A stretch of DNA of 32,000 nucleotides from Aliivibrio fischeri ES114 (GCF_000011805.1 NC_006841.2), one strand, 5' to 3'; shown: positions 18,903 through 27,101, numbered from the stretch's first letter. Numbers and translations: made by a program. The notes: a model not told the origin generated them from the letters alone.

Positions 18903-19721
18903 CTAAGGACCTGGTGAAGATGGGGGATAGTATGCCTCAAAAACAATTTTCACAGTCTCTGCAAATTGATTTAATTTTTGAACATTAAAGACTTCTTGAA
19001 TCCCTGATGAAATGGTTCTAAATGTAATCCAAGAAAAACATAACCCTTTTTTCTCCTGGCGTTTTCGAGAGGCTACAATTAAAGAACAAATATTATTGTA
19101 ACGAACAACTTTTAGATCTGAGAAAAAGCGCTCAGTAAATTGTTTATAAGCAGGAGCACTTCGAATCGTACCCTCTTTAACATCAACGCATACATTGATG
19201 CGTTCACTATATAAATAACCGGCACGTTTTAAGTATGACACAGCCTTTGCGAACGATTTCGGTGAAATATAGCGACCAAATCGTAAAGCATAATCTTCTT
19301 GTAAGAAATCATAACTAACTGTTTTTAAGCCTGCTTCCGTCGGTAAGCCGATCCTACCGCCGATCAAATCCGTATTTACAATGATGCAGGCAAGTACATT
19401 AGCTACCAGTCTTCTAGATTGAATATTATTCATACCTTCTCCTCCCCAAGCATTTAATGCAGGGAAACGATTAGGATTATCAATAAATTCTTCAAAAGAC
19501 TTTAATATCCGAGCATATTCTGGAGGTAATACCTCCCAGCGACCACTGCGAAACAGACGACGAGAACGAAATTCAAATTTAAATGGAGTCTTAGGTCTTT
19601 TTTTGTTTTCAGCTTCAACAATTGAATGATGAAGTTCAATTAACTCAAACTTACGGCGCTTTCTTTTAGCTCGATACTCCGCATCATACTCTTTTTTCAT
19701 TTGATTTTTAGAAGAACTCAT
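18903..19721 (-). CDS. Putative RepA-like plasmid replication initiator
   Basis: Basic N-terminus, then ...RRLVANVLACIIVNTDLIGGRIGLPTEAGLKTVSYDFLQEDYALRFGRYISPKSFAKAVSYLKRAGYLYSERI.., resembling the winged-helix organisation of IncFII-type RepA (SITRATRALTFLAELGLI.. FT..FF). Recalled by pattern, not searched. Confidence 0.4.
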   Translation of the reverse strand: MSSSKNQMKKEYDAEYRAKRKRRKFELIELHHSIVEAENKKRPKTPFKFEFRSRRLFRSGRWEVLPPEYARILKSFEEFIDNPNRFPALNAWGGEGMNNIQSRRLVANVLACIIVNTDLIGGRIGLPTEAGLKTVSYDFLQEDYALRFGRYISPKSFAKAVSYLKRAGYLYSERINVCVDVKEGTIRSAPAYKQFTERFFSDLKVVRYNNICSLIVASRKRQEKKGLCFSWITFRTISSGIQEVFNVQKLNQFAETVKIVFEAYYPPSSPGP

Positions 19722-19748
19722 ATTGATATAGCTTATATTGTGTATAAA

Positions 19749-20489
19749 TTATTTCTGTGAAACATCTTTAATAAGATTAGAAATCTTTTTAGATATTTTA
19801 ATTTCAAAAACAAAAATAATCCTCTCTGTCATTTTTATAAAAGTTTCCACTCCCCAACCAAATATGATACAGACAAAATAATCGGGAGCATTTACGTTTA
19901 ATAAATGTTGAGAGCTAGTTATTTTTGAAAGGCCAACAACAATGGGTGGCCATATTATAAAATAGATAATAAATCTATTTTTCTTACGCATTGCTGTATT
20001 CAGATCAAAAATGTCACCACTAAGTAGAAAAACTACTCTTAAAATCACAGACATCAACGCAATTGAATATAAATTAATAAATGACTTTAAAATAACATCA
20101 TCATTATAATGTTGATAAATAAACTTTATAAAACTATTTTCTATTGGCATGTATTCAAAATAATAGAAACAAACAGACACTAACAAAAAAGAAAAAAGTA
20201 AAAACCAGAAGAGTGTCAAAAATAAAGTCAGCATTTTTTTAGACTCAATCAATGCCATATTATATTCAGATGATATCTGTTCAGTAGAAAAACCTTGAGT
20301 AAGTTCTATTAATTTATTTCTTAATAAAAAGAGAGTATCTATATCTAAGTTATCAACATTTTCAATTTCTGAAAGACTTATATCCATGTTACTTTTTTTA
20401 TCAGGAGTCAACACTTCACTATTTAATAAAAACCATAACCTTTTCTTAATATCGTATATAATTAACTCTCTTATATCCATACTCCTCAT
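19749..20489 (-). CDS. Hypothetical integral membrane protein
   Basis: Four or so hydrophobic segments: MLTLFLTLFWFLLFSFLLVSVCFYYF, SIALMSVILRVVFLLSG, FIIYFIIWPPIVVGL, YFVCIIFGWGVETF. Confidence 0.6.
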   Translation of the reverse strand: MRSMDIRELIIYDIKKRLWFLLNSEVLTPDKKSNMDISLSEIENVDNLDIDTLFLLRNKLIELTQGFSTEQISSEYNMALIESKKMLTLFLTLFWFLLFSFLLVSVCFYYFEYMPIENSFIKFIYQHYNDDVILKSFINLYSIALMSVILRVVFLLSGDIFDLNTAMRKKNRFIIYFIIWPPIVVGLSKITSSQHLLNVNAPDYFVCIIFGWGVETFIKMTERIIFVFEIKISKKISNLIKDVSQK

Positions 20490-20613
20490 TTAAACTTAAT
20501 TTATCCCATTAAACGTTGATATATGATGAATTGTTAAAATAAGAATCCAACATAAAATAACCAAATCTAACCATCTAAGATACATCGTTTATATCCTTTT
20601 AATTTTTAAGATA

Positions 20614-20647
20614 ATATAGCCATTATATTTTCATATAATGGCTATAT
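20614..20647 (-). terminator. Stem-loop at the 3' end of the tandem reb array
   Basis: Perfect 14-bp inverted repeat ATATAGCCATTATA / TATAATGGCTATAT with a 6-nt loop, downstream of the last reb copy (stop at 20721). Confidence 0.6.
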
Positions 20648-20720
20648 TTTATTTTGAAGCTAAATGATGTTTAGCTATCAACTCAATTTTTAATAATCGT
20701 TATTATCAAATATCAGATGA

Positions 20721-20999
20721 TTAACCTTTCTCAATCACTTCTTCACTCGAACGACCAATAACAGCAGAACCAACACTCATTAATGAATTAATTCCTTGAA
20801 TTGATGCCGCCTGAATTGTGATCTGACCTTGTTGCTGCGCTGTCGTCGCATTATGTGCTGTATTACTTAGAGCATGCGATGTTGACAATAATAAGTTACC
20901 CATTGCCATTGCTGGGGTTTCCCCCACAACTTTAGTATTCACTTGTGTTACTGAATCTGTAATCTGAGCATTAACTGCTGATGTTGCTGTATCTGACAT
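20721..20999 (-). CDS. RebB-family R-body protein, array copy 6
   Basis: NAQITDSVTQVNTKVVGETPAMAMGNLLLSTSHALSNTAHNATTAQQQGQITIQAASIQGINSLMSVGSAVIG; RebB/killing-trait family pattern. Confidence 0.88.
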   Translation of the reverse strand: MSDTATSAVNAQITDSVTQVNTKVVGETPAMAMGNLLLSTSHALSNTAHNATTAQQQGQITIQAASIQGINSLMSVGSAVIGRSSEEVIEKG

Positions 21000-21030
21000 A
21001 ATTTATATCCTCTTATGTTTAATTAAATTA

Positions 21031-21339
21031 TTAACCTTTTTCGATGATCTCTTCGCCCACTCGACCGATCACAGCTGATCCAACACTCATCAGTGAATTA
21101 ACACCTTGAACCGTTGCTGCTTGCATCATAATCTGACCTTGTTGTTGAGCAGACGTAGCGTTATGCGCTGTATTGCTTAACGCATGTGATGTTGACATTA
21201 ATAAGTTACCCATCGCCATCGCAGGAGTTTCTCCCACAACTTTGGTATTAACTTGTGTCACCGCATCTGTAATTTGTGCGTTTACCGCTGATGTTGCTGC
21301 ATTTGCGTTTGTATCTGCGCCTGTATTTGTATCTGGCAT
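21031..21339 (-). CDS. RebB-family R-body protein, array copy 5
   Basis: NAQITDAVTQVNTKVVGETPAMAMGNLLMSTSHALSNTAHNATSAQQQGQIMMQAATVQGVNSLMSVG; N-terminal MPDTNTGADTNANA extension. Confidence 0.88.
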   Translation of the reverse strand: MPDTNTGADTNANAATSAVNAQITDAVTQVNTKVVGETPAMAMGNLLMSTSHALSNTAHNATSAQQQGQIMMQAATVQGVNSLMSVGSAVIGRVGEEIIEKG

Positions 21340-21378
21340 AATTTATATCCTTTTTTATTTATGATTTAAGTAAGGTGA

Positions 21379-21687
21379 TTAACCTTTTTCGATGATTTCT
21401 TCGCCCACTCGGCCAATAACAGCAGAGCCAACACTCATCAGTGAATTAACACCTTGAACCGTTGCTGCTTGCATTGTGATCTGACCTTGTTGCTGAGCAG
21501 ACGTAGCGTTATGCGCTGTATTGCTTAGCGCATGAGATGTCGACATTTGCAAGTTACCCATCGCCATTGCAGGGGTTTCTCCTACAACTTGTGTATTAAC
21601 TTGCGTTACCGAATCAGTGATTTGTGAATTAACTGCTGATGTTGCAGCATTTGCGTCTGAACCTGTGCCTGTATTTGTATCTGGCAT
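21379..21687 (-). CDS. RebB-family R-body protein, array copy 4
   Basis: NSQITDSVTQVNTQVVGETPAMAMGNLQMSTSHALSNTAHNATSAQQQGQITMQAATVQGVNSLMSVG. Confidence 0.88.
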   Translation of the reverse strand: MPDTNTGTGSDANAATSAVNSQITDSVTQVNTQVVGETPAMAMGNLQMSTSHALSNTAHNATSAQQQGQITMQAATVQGVNSLMSVGSAVIGRVGEEIIEKG

Positions 21688-21725
21688 AATTTGTATCCTC
21701 TTTATTTATGGTTTAATTAAGGTGA

Positions 21726-22004
21726 TTAACCTTTCTCGATGATCTCTTCACCCACTCGGCCAATGACAGCAGAACCTACGCTCATCAGTGAATTAACACC
21801 TTGAACCGTTGCTGCTTGCATTGTGATCTGACCTTGTTGTTGGGCTGCTGTCGCATTGTGTGCGGTATTACTTAATGCATGAGATGTAGACATCAATAAG
21901 TTACCCATCGCCATCGCAGGTGTTTCTCCCACAACTTTGGTATTAACTTGTGTTACTGAGTCTGTAATTTGCGCATTAACTGCTGATGTTGCTGTATCTG
22001 ACAT
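21726..22004 (-). CDS. RebB-family R-body protein, array copy 3
   Basis: NAQITDSVTQVNTKVVGETPAMAMGNLLMSTSHALSNTAHNATAAQQQGQITMQAATVQGVNSLMSVG; AGAGGAAA upstream of ATG. Confidence 0.88.
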   Translation of the reverse strand: MSDTATSAVNAQITDSVTQVNTKVVGETPAMAMGNLLMSTSHALSNTAHNATAAQQQGQITMQAATVQGVNSLMSVGSAVIGRVGEEIIEKG

Positions 22005-22036
22005 AGTTTATTTCCTCTTTTGTGTTATTAAGACCA

Positions 22037-22321
22037 TTAGCCTTTTTCAATGACTTCTTCGCTAGAACGACCAATAACAGCCGAACTGACGCTCATTAAT
22101 GAATTAACCCCTTGTACGGTTGCTGCTTGCATCGTGATTTGTCCTTGTTGCTGAGCAGCTGTTGCATTGTGAGCGGTATTACTTAATGCGTGCGATGTAG
22201 ACATCAATAGATTTCCCATCGCCATCGCAGGTGTTTCACCGACCACCTTTGTATTAACTTGTGTTACTGCATCTGTAATCTGAGCATTAACTGCGGATGT
22301 TGCTGTATTTGTTTCTGCCAT
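22037..22321 (-). CDS. RebB-family R-body protein, array copy 2
   Basis: NAQITDAVTQVNTKVVGETPAMAMGNLLMSTSHALSNTAHNATAAQQQGQITMQAATVQGVNSLMSVS. Confidence 0.88.
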   Translation of the reverse strand: MAETNTATSAVNAQITDAVTQVNTKVVGETPAMAMGNLLMSTSHALSNTAHNATAAQQQGQITMQAATVQGVNSLMSVSSAVIGRSSEEVIEKG

Positions 22322-22356
22322 GGTTTCTTTCCTGGTTTATGTGTGATTAAAATTAC

Positions 22357-22635
22357 TTAGCCTTTCTTAATAACTTCTTCGCTAGAACGACCAATAACTG
22401 AAGAGCCCACACTCATTAATGAGTTCAGCCCTAAAACTGTCGCTGCTTGCATTGACATCTGGCCTTGCTGCTGAGCTGCCGTCGCATTATGTGCAGCGTT
22501 ACTTAACGCATGTGATGTGGACATCAATAAGTTGCCCATCGCCATTGCTGGAGTTTCACCAAGCACTTTGGTATTAACTTGTGTGATTGAATCGGTAATT
22601 TGTGAATTTACTTTTAATACTGTTTGATCTGACAT
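22357..22635 (-). CDS. RebB-family R-body protein, array copy 1
   Basis: NSQITDSITQVNTKVLGETPAMAMGNLLMSTSHALSNAAHNATAAQQQGQMSMQAATVLGLNSLMSVG. Confidence 0.88.
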   Translation of the reverse strand: MSDQTVLKVNSQITDSITQVNTKVLGETPAMAMGNLLMSTSHALSNAAHNATAAQQQGQMSMQAATVLGLNSLMSVGSSVIGRSSEEVIKKG

Positions 22636-22720
22636 TACTTTTACCTCTGATTTATTTAAACTTAATAAATAAAATCATCTATGTATTAAGTCATGAAAAC
22701 TATTTTTATATATAACTGCA

Positions 22721-23305
22721 TTATTTAATTAATATACTTTCTTCAATTAATGAAATTGGGAATTTATATCCAGATTCAATAATTGTCATTTTATGAATAA
22801 GATTAATGTAATCATAACCACTAATTACTTTATGTTTTTCTATCCCTGTCATATTAGATAACTTAATAATTATTTCTTCTGTATTGTTTTCATTAGTTGG
22901 TGAAAATTTCCTAATAATCCCGTCAATTGTTTTTATGTTATATTCTGTTCTATAAGTCATTAATACTTTGTAAGCTGCTCTAAAGCCATAACGAATATTA
23001 ATAAACTCTTCAAAATCACTGTCTTTTTTTTGACTTATTTTTACCTCTCCAAGCCATTTATTAGAAAAGGAGTTCCTAATATTTAAAGGATTATTATTTC
23101 TAAGACCTCTACTTAACGCCTTTTTATTTTCCATTCCTTTATTTAGGATTTCCGTAAAATCTCTGCTCCCTAACACATCCCATTTAAATAAATAATAATC
23201 TTTCAAAAAAAATGCACATAAAATAAAAACAAAAAAAATCATTAAAAAGTGATTCAAACTAAAATATATACCTTTTTCGTATTTATCTTCACTCAATATA
23301 ATCAC
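22721..23305 (-). CDS. Membrane-anchored protein with structural protein P5/lysozyme-like domain
   Basis: N-terminal TM (FSLNHFLMIFFVFILCAFFL), then RGLRNNNPLNIRNSFSNKWLGE...DFEEFINIRYGFRAAYKVLMTYRTEYNIKTIDGIIRKFSPTNENNTEEII, the pattern of phage P5-like 'structural proteins'. Confidence 0.65.
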   Translation of the reverse strand: MIILSEDKYEKGIYFSLNHFLMIFFVFILCAFFLKDYYLFKWDVLGSRDFTEILNKGMENKKALSRGLRNNNPLNIRNSFSNKWLGEVKISQKKDSDFEEFINIRYGFRAAYKVLMTYRTEYNIKTIDGIIRKFSPTNENNTEEIIIKLSNMTGIEKHKVISGYDYINLIHKMTIIESGYKFPISLIEESILIK

Positions 23306-23456
23306 ACCTCTATTCGTAATAATTAAGACTTATTCTAATAGTTATTAAATTCCTTAATAGGAAAAAACAATCAACAAATAAGATAAAACATCTAAACAGG
23401 TTTCAATATATAAATAATTAAACTTAATTTTAAATATAAAATCAGTTTCAATTTAA

Positions 23457-24104
23457 TTAAGATTGTAAACTATTAACTAAATGCTTAAGTTCTGATTCTG
23501 CATATTCTTTACTTGGAGGAAGATCATGTAGTTGTTCACGGTAAGCACTTTCATTTGAATAAATCAAATGTGCTGCTGTAACTATTGAGGTAAGGATTGG
23601 CTTTTCTTCTTTTTTACAATAAGTAATAGTTCGAACATTATTACTATCCCCCCCAACTTTAAAGGTAATACTTTCAGGGCATTCATCGTATAACCCCCCA
23701 AGAGAAGACTCGTCAGATATAAGAATCCAGCTAGGTGATTTATCCTTTTTAGTTAGGTCTAATTCATCTGCATTATCAAATACAGGAAAATCTTGAGCAA
23801 AACCTAAATTTCTATCACAAACAAGAATCTCAACTCCTTTTGTCATATTGTCTATACATTCTTTTATTTTATGATATTCATTTTTTATAGAGGCATTCCT
23901 ATCTTCACCTCTTAAATAAATTTCATCAGAAGAAACTGAAAAATATATCTCAGCGTTAGGGAAATAACGATTTTTAAGGTTTCTAAATAATGCATCAAAG
24001 CTATCAATATCTGAATGAGTTAAAATAGCCAATGTTAAGTTATTCCCTTTTTCAGCGGGTATACCCTGCAACTCCATTAATGTTAAAGTTAATTTGTTTT
24101 TCAT
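23457..24104 (-). CDS. Hypothetical protein
   Basis: Intact 215-aa ORF in an AT-rich island; no family recognised. Confidence 0.55.
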   Translation of the reverse strand: MKNKLTLTLMELQGIPAEKGNNLTLAILTHSDIDSFDALFRNLKNRYFPNAEIYFSVSSDEIYLRGEDRNASIKNEYHKIKECIDNMTKGVEILVCDRNLGFAQDFPVFDNADELDLTKKDKSPSWILISDESSLGGLYDECPESITFKVGGDSNNVRTITYCKKEEKPILTSIVTAAHLIYSNESAYREQLHDLPPSKEYAESELKHLVNSLQS

Positions 24105-24335
24105 AATAATTAGTCCTAATTAGATATTTTTCATATTAGAACAAATTAATAACAGGTATAATTGTAAATAATGATGCTTTAAATAATTGGTTATTACAAA
24201 AAGTTAAGGCTTGATCTATTATTCAAAAAATAACAATAAGTGATAATTACTAAAAGTTAATCATTTTTTAATAATTAAAATTTAATTACCAAATTATAAT
24301 AACAAACCTAAATCCAATAAAATAAAGGTAGATAT

Positions 24336-24614
24336 ATGTCTAACTCTGACTATACAACACTTCAAGAATTTTCAGACCAACCAACATCAATAACTGAAAC
24401 AACGTTATCTGAAACTATTGGCTTATCAATGCATAACTTAGTTGCAAACCAGCAACAATCTCAAGTAACAACAGCGGCCTCTGTTAGCAGTACTTGTGCC
24501 CGACTGCTCGCTACTCCGCCAGCAAAATCAATAAAGAATAACAATGAAGAAAATACGGACACACCAGAGAAAAAAAAGAAAAAAGGGTTAAGTAGCTTAT
24601 TCTCACGCTCTTAA
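24336..24614 (+). CDS. Reb-like protein, family B, with lysine-rich tail
   Basis: Homologous to the ORF at 6631-6828 (TLSETIGLSMHNLVANQQQSQVTT); C-terminal PEKKKKKGLSSLFSRS. Confidence 0.65.
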   Translation: MSNSDYTTLQEFSDQPTSITETTLSETIGLSMHNLVANQQQSQVTTAASVSSTCARLLATPPAKSIKNNNEENTDTPEKKKKKGLSSLFSRS

Positions 24615-24645
24615 TTTATATGCATCTTGAATAGAAAATGACGCA

Positions 24646-24921
24646 ATGGGAAATGAATACAATAATTACATTGACCAAGCTACATCAATAGCTATTCAAG
24701 ATGCTGCCGACAATATTAGAAATGTTACTGATATAAGTAATACCGCCTCAGGGGTAGCATTAAGTAAATTATTAGAAGGCGGAGATAAAGTAAAATGTAT
24801 GGCAACAATAGCTGAAGCCAATAAGCTCATCAAAAATGCCATTCAAAACTATGAAAAAATCATTCGTTTATCTATAGAGTGCAGAAATTCAAATGCAGAA
24901 TCTTCACAATCCTCTAAATAG
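24646..24921 (+). CDS. Small Reb-locus partner protein, family A
   Basis: Homologous to the ORF at 6273-6545 (IQDAADNIRNVTDISNTASGVALSKLLEGGD). Confidence 0.62.
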   Translation: MGNEYNNYIDQATSIAIQDAADNIRNVTDISNTASGVALSKLLEGGDKVKCMATIAEANKLIKNAIQNYEKIIRLSIECRNSNAESSQSSK

Positions 24922-24953
24922 ACCTTCCTATTAATTCACTTAAGTAATAAATA

Positions 24954-25202
24954 ATGAAAAATAATAATTCCACATATAAACGTACAATGATTCGCCGAAA
25001 AAGTGGCAAGATTGTAAGCAAGAAGACCTTGATAAAAAAAATACCATTAGAGAAGCCTCGCCTCTCAGATTTGGATAATATATTGGCATTACTAGAAAAA
25101 ATTGATAGTGAAGAGTCTTTTTTAAAAATAAAATTCAAAATAGAACAATTAGAAAGGCAAAATATTAATCCGTTAAAAAGAGTGAGACTAAATAGCCTTT
25201 AA
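24954..25202 (+). CDS. Small basic hypothetical protein
   Basis: 82 aa, N-terminal half rich in K/R (YKRTMIRRKSGKIVSKKTLIKKIPLEK); follows the reb-like/partner pair; its end overlaps the convergent LysR stop. Confidence 0.45.
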   Translation: MKNNNSTYKRTMIRRKSGKIVSKKTLIKKIPLEKPRLSDLDNILALLEKIDSEESFLKIKFKIEQLERQNINPLKRVRLNSL

Positions 25203-26086
25203 TGAACCGCCTTACTTAACTCTTGCAGTGATGACAATAGATCTTCTAATACGGGGCCAAATGCGTGACGCCGAGAGACTAAGCAACCCATAGGCGTTAA
25301 CCAACCATGAAACTCATGAGCAATCGGCAGCGCAACTAACTTTTTCTCCTCAATGAAACTTGTCACCGAATGCTCTGGAACGATAGTCCAACCCACACCA
25401 CGGCACGCTAACTCGATTAAGGCTTGATGGGTATTGGCATACCATAATTTTGAACTGATCCCATAACTGAACCACAACTCTTTCCCCTTAGAGCTACGAT
25501 GCACTAACTGTCGATGTCCTTTCAATGCCGCATCATTCACCATTGGTAAAGCCGCTAATTCATGATCTGGCGCAGCCACAGTAAGAAAACGTATTTGTCC
25601 TAAGGTGAAAAAATCCATATCAACTTTAAGCTCGCCATCAGCATAAACAATACCTACTTGTGCTTTTCCCTTTCTAACCAGATCTTCAACATCAAAGGTT
25701 GAGGTCGTAATAATTTCAACATCGGTAACGGGAAACTTATCCGCCAATGTCGCTAAAATTTGCAATAAATCATCATTAATTAAGCTCTCATCAATCGCAA
25801 TAACCAACTCATATTCATGCTCTCTTTCTAACGACTCAACCTTTTGATCAAAGTATTTCTGTTGGTGCAAAATAGACTGAGCAATCGGCAATAAAGCCTT
25901 ACCCTTCTCTGTCAGTACTGGCGTATTTTTCTCACGATTAAACAGCTCTTGGTTAATCGAGATTTCTAAATTAGCAATGGCCTGACTCACACCTGATTGA
26001 GCACGTTTTAATTGGCGAGCCGCAGCCGAGAAAGAACCGCATTCACATACGGTGACAAAAATTTTTAATTGCTCAAAACTGTACAT
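25199..26086 (-). CDS. LysR-family transcriptional regulator
   Basis: MYSFEQLKIFVTVCECGSFSAAARQLKRAQSGVSQAIANLEISINQELFNRE; divergent from PACE transporter. Confidence 0.93.
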   Translation of the reverse strand: MYSFEQLKIFVTVCECGSFSAAARQLKRAQSGVSQAIANLEISINQELFNREKNTPVLTEKGKALLPIAQSILHQQKYFDQKVESLEREHEYELVIAIDESLINDDLLQILATLADKFPVTDVEIITTSTFDVEDLVRKGKAQVGIVYADGELKVDMDFFTLGQIRFLTVAAPDHELAALPMVNDAALKGHRQLVHRSSKGKELWFSYGISSKLWYANTHQALIELACRGVGWTIVPEHSVTSFIEEKKLVALPIAHEFHGWLTPMGCLVSRRHAFGPVLEDLLSSLQELSKAVH

Positions 26087-26222
26087 AACATTTAGCTCAA
26101 GTAAGTAGACCTGCGCTTAAGCTATCACGATTTGTGATGGCTGTTAACTTTATCTCTTTTACTCACTCTTTATAATCGCGCTTCTTTATTTTAGAACAAC
26201 CCCATTTTTTGAGAATACACCA

Positions 26223-26693
26223 ATGAAGATGAAAACCAATGAGCGCATTTTTCACGCCGTTTTATTTGAAGTATTAGCTGTTAGCTTATCTATTATTGGA
26301 CTAGCTATTTTTACTGATCATGATGTTACGGCACTATCAGGAACCATGATAGTCGTTGCTACTATCGCCATGATTTGGAATTTCATTTATAACTGGATTT
26401 TTGATCAATTCTTCACTGGTGAAAAAACACAACGCACACTGTCATTACGTATTTTCCACGTTACCTTATTTGAGTTAGGCTTGCTGTTTATCACTGTGCC
26501 GGTAATGGCTTACTTATTAAGCGTTGGGATTTGGGAAGCCTTTATGATGGATATCGGCGTAACTATCTTTATCACCATTTACGCCTTTGCGTTTAACCTT
26601 ATATACGACAACGTAAGAGCGCTATTAGTAAAAAAATGGCGAGAGATGAGTCAGTCACAGCGTGATAGATTAGATGTGATTATAGAGAGTTAG
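26223..26693 (+). CDS. PACE-family (proteobacterial antimicrobial compound) efflux transporter
   Basis: Duplicated bacterial TM pair: ERIFHAVLFEVLAVSLSIIGLAIFTDHD.....WNFIYNWIFDQFFTGEKTQRTLSLRIFHVTLFELGLLFITVPVMAYLL...FAFNLIYDNV. Confidence 0.88.
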   Translation: MKMKTNERIFHAVLFEVLAVSLSIIGLAIFTDHDVTALSGTMIVVATIAMIWNFIYNWIFDQFFTGEKTQRTLSLRIFHVTLFELGLLFITVPVMAYLLSVGIWEAFMMDIGVTIFITIYAFAFNLIYDNVRALLVKKWREMSQSQRDRLDVIIES

Positions 26694-26698
26694 ATAGT

Positions 26699-26726
26699 AA
26701 ACAACCCGCTAATTGGCGGGTTGTTT
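26699..26726 (+). terminator. Strong stem-loop terminator between convergent genes
   Basis: AAACAACCCGC ctaatt-type loop GCGGGTTGTTT followed by ATTTTTT. Confidence 0.85.
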
Positions 26727-26762
26727 ATTTTTTAGTTGCTCGGCATCTGAACTGAATTATTT

Positions 26763-27101
26763 TCAGTCCATTCGAGTAATAAAGGTTTGCTCGTCATCCA
26801 CAAAAGCCACAAAGCCACCGTGATAGATAAATACTCTACCACGCCCCTCAACTAGGCAAGCAAGCTGTGGAAGCAAATCTTCTTCGTTATTCTGACGTTG
26901 ATATGTACCTGTATCAGTAATAACACCACTGAGTGTAGGCAAATACCCATAAGTACGCTTGGCTTGATCAATCAGACTCAATTCGCTGGCAATAGAGAAG
27001 CAAGATGGAATCGCACCGGCCTCTTCGATAAACATGGGTTTCAATTCTTCAAAAGCTGTAATCACCAGCCAGTCGATGTCGTTAACATGATGGATAAACA
27101 T
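26763..27101 (-). CDS. Hypothetical protein
   Basis: Intact 112-aa ORF with good spacing to the terminator; family not recognised. Confidence 0.6.
   Translation of the reverse strand: MFIHHVNDIDWLVITAFEELKPMFIEEAGAIPSCFSIASELSLIDQAKRTYGYLPTLSGVITDTGTYQRQNNEEDLLPQLACLVEGRGRVFIYHGGFVAFVDDEQTFITRMD

Larger units (their letters stand above)
20721..22635 (-). repeat. Tandem array of six RebB-family genes (about 314-348 bp period)
   Basis: Start codons at 22635, 22321, 22004, 21687, 21339 and 20999 give spacings of 314, 317, 317, 348 and 340 bp. Protein sequences are near-identical and leaders are conserved (e.g. GAGGATAnAAATTATG). Confidence 0.9.

Noticed and set aside
21173-21364. 63-aa plus-strand ORF inside the reb array
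   Set aside because: Antisense to copy 5; a by-product of repeat coding sequence.
20721-22635. Regular ~317-bp repeats considered as CRISPR or satellite DNA
   Set aside because: The period corresponds to full-length conserved RebB coding sequences with ribosome-binding sites, not short repeats with unique spacers.
24914-25138. 74-aa minus-strand ORF opposite the small basic protein
   Set aside because: Overlaps the plus-strand ORF that continues the mini-cluster; the plus-strand reading is more plausible from position and basic composition, though neither is certain.
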